From an uncultured delta proteobacterium (lineage in GTDB: Bacteria; Myxococcota; Myxococcia; Myxococcales; Anaeromyxobacteraceae), in assembly GCA_963766715.1 (NCBI GenBank), contig CAVYBH010000008.1:640001-704000 (forward strand): a stretch of 64,000 nt of DNA, written 5' to 3'. The notes under the pieces were generated by a model. It was not told where the DNA came from, searched no databases, and saw nothing but the letters and a program-made list of their open reading frames with translations. The translations under genes and the position numbers were made by a program. Of the stretch, positions 60,368 through 64,000 are shown piece by piece (the stretch's first letter is position 1; each line of letters opens with the position of its first letter).

Positions 60368-61953
60368 GTGAGGCCGCCCTGGCCCCGCCCCCCACGATCC
60401 GCTCCTCGCCGCCCTGGCGCTCCTCGCCGCCGCGCCGGCCGGGGCCCCCGATCTCACTCCCGTGAACAGGCCGGGAAGCGGATCTACCTCACCGGGGAGA
60501 GCCCGTCCGGCGGCGAGATCGTCGTGAAGCTCGGCCGCGACGGCTCCACCCTCCCCGGCACGGTGGCGCCCTGCGGGAGCTGCCACGGGGCCGACGGGCA
60601 GGGGCGACCCGAGGGAGGGGTGCGTCCCTCCGCCGTCGTCTGGTCGGAGCTCGCGAAGCCTTACGGCCATCCCACCCCGGCGGCCGCAAGCACCCTCCGT
60701 TCACCGACGCGACCCTGGCCCGGGCGCTGCGCGACGGGCTGGATCCGGCCGGGAACCCGCTCGACGTCTCGATGCCGCGCTCGCGATCTCCGACGAGGAC
60801 CTGGGGAGCCTCCTCGCCTACCTCCGCCGGCTGGAGGAGGACCTCGACCCCGGCATCGGCGCCGACACCCTGCGCATCGGCACGGTGCTGCCCACGTCCG
60901 GTGTGCTCGCCGACGTGGGCCTCCCCATGCGCGCCGTGCTGTCCGGCTGGTTCGACGCGCTCAACCGGCGCGGCGGGGTGCACGGCCGCAAGGTGGAGCT
61001 CGTGGTGGCCGGGTACGACTCCGACCGGCCGAACGGCGTCGAGGCTGCCCGGGAGCTCCTCCGGGAAGGACGGCCGTCTTCGCGCTCGTCTCCGGCTTCT
61101 TCCCGGCCGCCGAGCCGGAGGTGGCGGCGCTCGTCGGCGAGGCGCGCGTCCCCATGGTCGGCCCGTTCAGCCTGTTCGCCCGGAACGACGACGCGCCGGG
61201 CGCCTGGATCTTCCACCCGTCCGGCGGCCTCCGGGAGCAGGCCCGGGTCGCTCGCGGCCTTCGCGGTGCGGGATCTCGGGGCCGCGCCGAGGCGGATGGC
61301 GGTGGTCCACGCGCCGGGGCACCCTACGCCGAGGCGGCCGGCGCGCGGCCGAGGACCTCCCGTCGCGGTGCGGACGCAGCCGAGGTCTCTGCTCGCCCGG
61401 ACGCCGAGGGCGGGTCGCAGGGCGACTGCGAAGGGCGGCTTCGGCCGCGGTCATCGTCCTCGCCGGGGACGCGGAGCTCGAGGCCCTGGCACGCGAGCTC
61501 GCCGGTTCCGGCGGCTCCGCCTTCCCTGCTCGCGGCCGGGACGCTCTCCGGGCGGGTCGCCACGCAGGTGGCCGGGAGCTACGGTGGCAGGCTCTTCCTG
61601 GCCTTTCCGGGCTCTCCGTCGGACGAGACCGCCCTGCCGCGCAGGAGCTCGCGCGCCTGCGGGAGGCCGCGGGCACCGCCGGGCGTTCCCGCGCCTCGCA
61701 GGCCTCGGCGGTGGTGGACGCGCTGGTGCTCGTGGAGGGGCTGAAGCGGGCCGGCAGGGCCCTCAGCCGCGAGAAGCTCGTGGCCAGCCTGGAGGCCCTC
61801 CACGCCTTCGAGACCGGGCTCGCCCCTCCGGTCACCTTCGGCCCCGACCGGCGGGTCGGCTCGTTCGGCGGGTACGTCGTGGGGGTGGACCCGGCCGCAA
61901 GGGCCTTCCGCCCGTTCGGCGGCTGGATCCCGCTCGAACCGCTCCCGCCCTAG
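60368..61953 (+). CDS. c-type cytochrome fused to LivK-like periplasmic substrate-binding domain; indels
   Basis: GKRIYLTGES, CGSCHG heme motif (~60572-60586), GRPEGG, MPR; then IRIGTVLPTSG-like start, NRRGGVHGRKVEL, EGLKRAGRALSREKLVASLE, VTFGPDRR. Start approximate. Confidence 0.78.
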
Positions 61954-63820
61954 CTCCGGGTCGGCGGCGCCGCCAGCCATCTCGACCGGTGGCCGGGCGC
62001 ATCCCGGCGTCGAGCCGCTGGCCCGGGCGGAGCCGACCGGTGCGGCGCAGCGCCTCCTCGATGAGGGGGCGGCTCCTCGGATCGCCCCAGCGGATGAGCG
62101 CCTTCTGCGTCCGCTTCTCCTTCATGTCGCGGACCACGTGGACCGGCTTCCCGCTCATGGGGTGGTAGCCCGACCACTGGATGTCGCTCGCGAGCGTCAT
62201 GGGCGTGGGCATGAAGTCCTGCACCTGCTGGGGCTTCCAGCGGTTCTTCTGGAGGTACTCCATGAGCTGGACGGCGTGCTCGGTGGTGGCCCCGGGGTGG
62301 GAGGAGATGAAGTAGGGGACCAGGTACTGCTCCTTGCCCGCCTTCCGCGAGTAGCGCTGGAACTCCTCGCGGAACCGCTCGAACTCCCCCGGCCCGGGCT
62401 TCTTCATCACCTGGAGCACGTCCTCGCAGACGTGCTCGGGCGCCACCTTGAGCTGTCCGGAGACGTGGTGGCCGATGAGCTCCTCGAGGTACCGCTGCCC
62501 GTTCTTCTCGTCGTGGTGGGCGAGGTCGTAGCGGAGCCCGGAGCCGACGAAGGCGTGCTTCACGCCCTTCACTGCGCGTGCACTGCGGTAGAGGTCGACG
62601 AGGGGCCCGTGATCCACGGCGAAGAACTGGCACACCGTGGGGTAGACGCAGGAGGCCCTCCGGCAGGCGGCGTGGGCCTCGGCGCTCGTGCACCCCATCT
62701 GCCACATGTTGGCGGTGGCGCCGCCCAGGTCGGTGATGGTCCCTCGGAACTTCGGGTCCTTCGTGAGGGTCTCGATCTCGCGCACCACGCTCCCGTGGCT
62801 GCGGGAGGAGATGTCGCGCCCCTGGTGCTCGGTGATGCAGCAGAAGGCGCATCCCGCCGCGCACCCGCGCAGGATGGAGACGCTCCACCGGATCTGCTCG
62901 AGGGCCGGGATGTGGGCGCCGCGATAGCTGGGGTGGGCCTCGCGCGCGAAGGGCAGCTCGTGGATCGCGTCGAGCTCCGCGGTGGTGGGCGGCGGCATGG
63001 GCTCGTTCACGACCACGTGCCGCTCGGCCTTGCCGCGGCCGTGGCGCTGCACCATCACCCGCGCGTTCTCGTGGTTGTGCTCGAGGTGGTAGAGCTTCGA
63101 GAAGAAGGCGAAGGCGCGCTTGTCCTGCGCCACCTCCTCGAAGGCCGGGAGCACGAGCGTCTTGCGGGCCCTCCCCTCGAGCCCGGCCAGCGCCAGGTCG
63201 GGCACGGCGACCGCGGTTCCCGGGACGTCGACCAGCCCGCAGACGTCCTCGCCCGAGGCCAGCCGCCGGGCGATCTCGACGATGGGCTTCTCTCCCTGCC
63301 CGTAGACGAGCAGGTCGGCGCCGCTGTCGACGAGCACCGACGGGCGCACCCGGTCGTCCCAGTAGTCGTAGTGGGCGATGCGCCGCAGCGAGGCCTCGAC
63401 GCCTCCGAGGACGATGGGCATCGCCGGGCCGAAGGCCTCCCGGGCGAGCCGCGCGTAGACCGATATCGCCCGGTCGGGGCGCCTGCCCGCCTCGCCGCCC
63501 GGAGTGTAGGCGTCGTCGGAGCGGGGGCGCTTGTGCGCCGTGTAGTGGTTCACGAGCGAGTCCATGGCCCCCGCGGTGATCCCCACGAAGAGCCGGGGAC
63601 GCCCCAGCCGAAGCAGGTCGGCGGTGCCGCGCCAGTCGGGCTGCGCCACCACGCCCACGCGGAAACCGCGCGCTTCCAGGACCCGGCCAATCACCGAGGC
63701 CCCGAAGGCCGGGTGATCCACGTAGGCGTCCCCGGTGACCAGGAGGACGTCGATCCCCGGCCAGCCGCGCTCGGCGACCTCGTCGGGGTACATGGGCAGG
63801 AAGGCGGGGCGCGTATCCAC
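61832..63820 (-). CDS. ygiQ: YgiQ family radical SAM protein (UPF0313)
   Basis: VTGDAYVDHPAFG, GGVEASLRRIAHYDYW, RGCAAGCAFCCITEHQG, DLGGATANM, LKVAPEH, QVQDFMPTPMT. True 3' end may be nearer 61950. Confidence 0.92.
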   Translation of the reverse strand: MDTRPAFLPMYPDEVAERGWPGIDVLLVTGDAYVDHPAFGASVIGRVLEARGFRVGVVAQPDWRGTADLLRLGRPRLFVGITAGAMDSLVNHYTAHKRPRSDDAYTPGGEAGRRPDRAISVYARLAREAFGPAMPIVLGGVEASLRRIAHYDYWDDRVRPSVLVDSGADLLVYGQGEKPIVEIARRLASGEDVCGLVDVPGTAVAVPDLALAGLEGRARKTLVLPAFEEVAQDKRAFAFFSKLYHLEHNHENARVMVQRHGRGKAERHVVVNEPMPPPTTAELDAIHELPFAREAHPSYRGAHIPALEQIRWSVSILRGCAAGCAFCCITEHQGRDISSRSHGSVVREIETLTKDPKFRGTITDLGGATANMWQMGCTSAEAHAACRRASCVYPTVCQFFAVDHGPLVDLYRSARAVKGVKHAFVGSGLRYDLAHHDEKNGQRYLEELIGHHVSGQLKVAPEHVCEDVLQVMKKPGPGEFERFREEFQRYSRKAGKEQYLVPYFISSHPGATTEHAVQLMEYLQKNRWKPQQVQDFMPTPMTLASDIQWSGYHPMSGKPVHVVRDMKEKRTQKALIRWGDPRSRPLIEEALRRTGRLRPGQRLDAGMRPATGRDGWRRRRPGARAGAVRAGSSRRTGGRPLRPGPPPRRTRRTSRPAGRGRR

Positions 63821-63867
63821 GCGCCATACATGGCCCCACGTCGCCCCGCGATCAAGCCCGCCTGCTT

Positions 63868-63895
63868 TTGACGCCCCGTCTGCCGGCGGTATGAT
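63868..63895 (+). promoter_or_regulatory. sigma70-like promoter
   Basis: TTGACG-N16-TATGAT upstream of ATG 63923. Confidence 0.55.
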
Positions 63896-63922
63896 CGAAC
63901 GATTCCCCCTGCGCGAACGACC

Positions 63923-64000
63923 ATGACCGACATCCAGGACCCCAAGACCGAGCTCGCAGCCCTCGACGAGAAGCTGCGAAGCGTCGGTCTCACGCCGGAC
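63923..64000 (+). CDS. 5' end of an unidentified CDS
   Basis: MTDIQDPKTELAALDEKLRSVGLTPD..., open to the window edge. Confidence 0.5.
   Translation, partial: MTDIQDPKTELAALDEKLRSVGLTPD

Overview
A 64-kb, very GC-rich (>70% by eye) bacterial chromosomal segment. Gene content and codon style suggest a Myxococcota/Anaeromyxobacter-like organism (inference). About the first 49 kb is mostly housekeeping: a PD-(D/E)XK nuclease with two M16 peptidases, glgC, ogt, uvrD/pcrA, RNase J, yajQ, rimO, argG, an RluA enzyme, MATE, lolA, an AmmeMemoRadiSam radical SAM enzyme, metH, a TolC-MFP-CzcA heavy-metal efflux triad, dnaB, thiE/C26 amidotransferase/thiD, degP-like protease and bioA/bioD. The most notable element is a ~12-kb co-directional cluster (about 49.8-62.0 kb). 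It encodes a giant (~2,100-2,200 aa) MnxG-like multicopper oxidase, a beta-propeller protein, two SCO copper chaperones, an orphan membrane-anchored protein and a c-type cytochrome fused to a periplasmic binding protein. It lies behind an AT-rich promoter region containing a perfect CRP/FNR-type palindrome. The oxidase carries an unusual, apparently nested, duplicated beta-domain insertion. Many genes are split by single-base indels, most likely uncorrected long-read errors, and these are densest in the oxidase cluster, so coordinates of those genes are approximate. No rRNA, tRNA, CRISPR array or transposase was seen.
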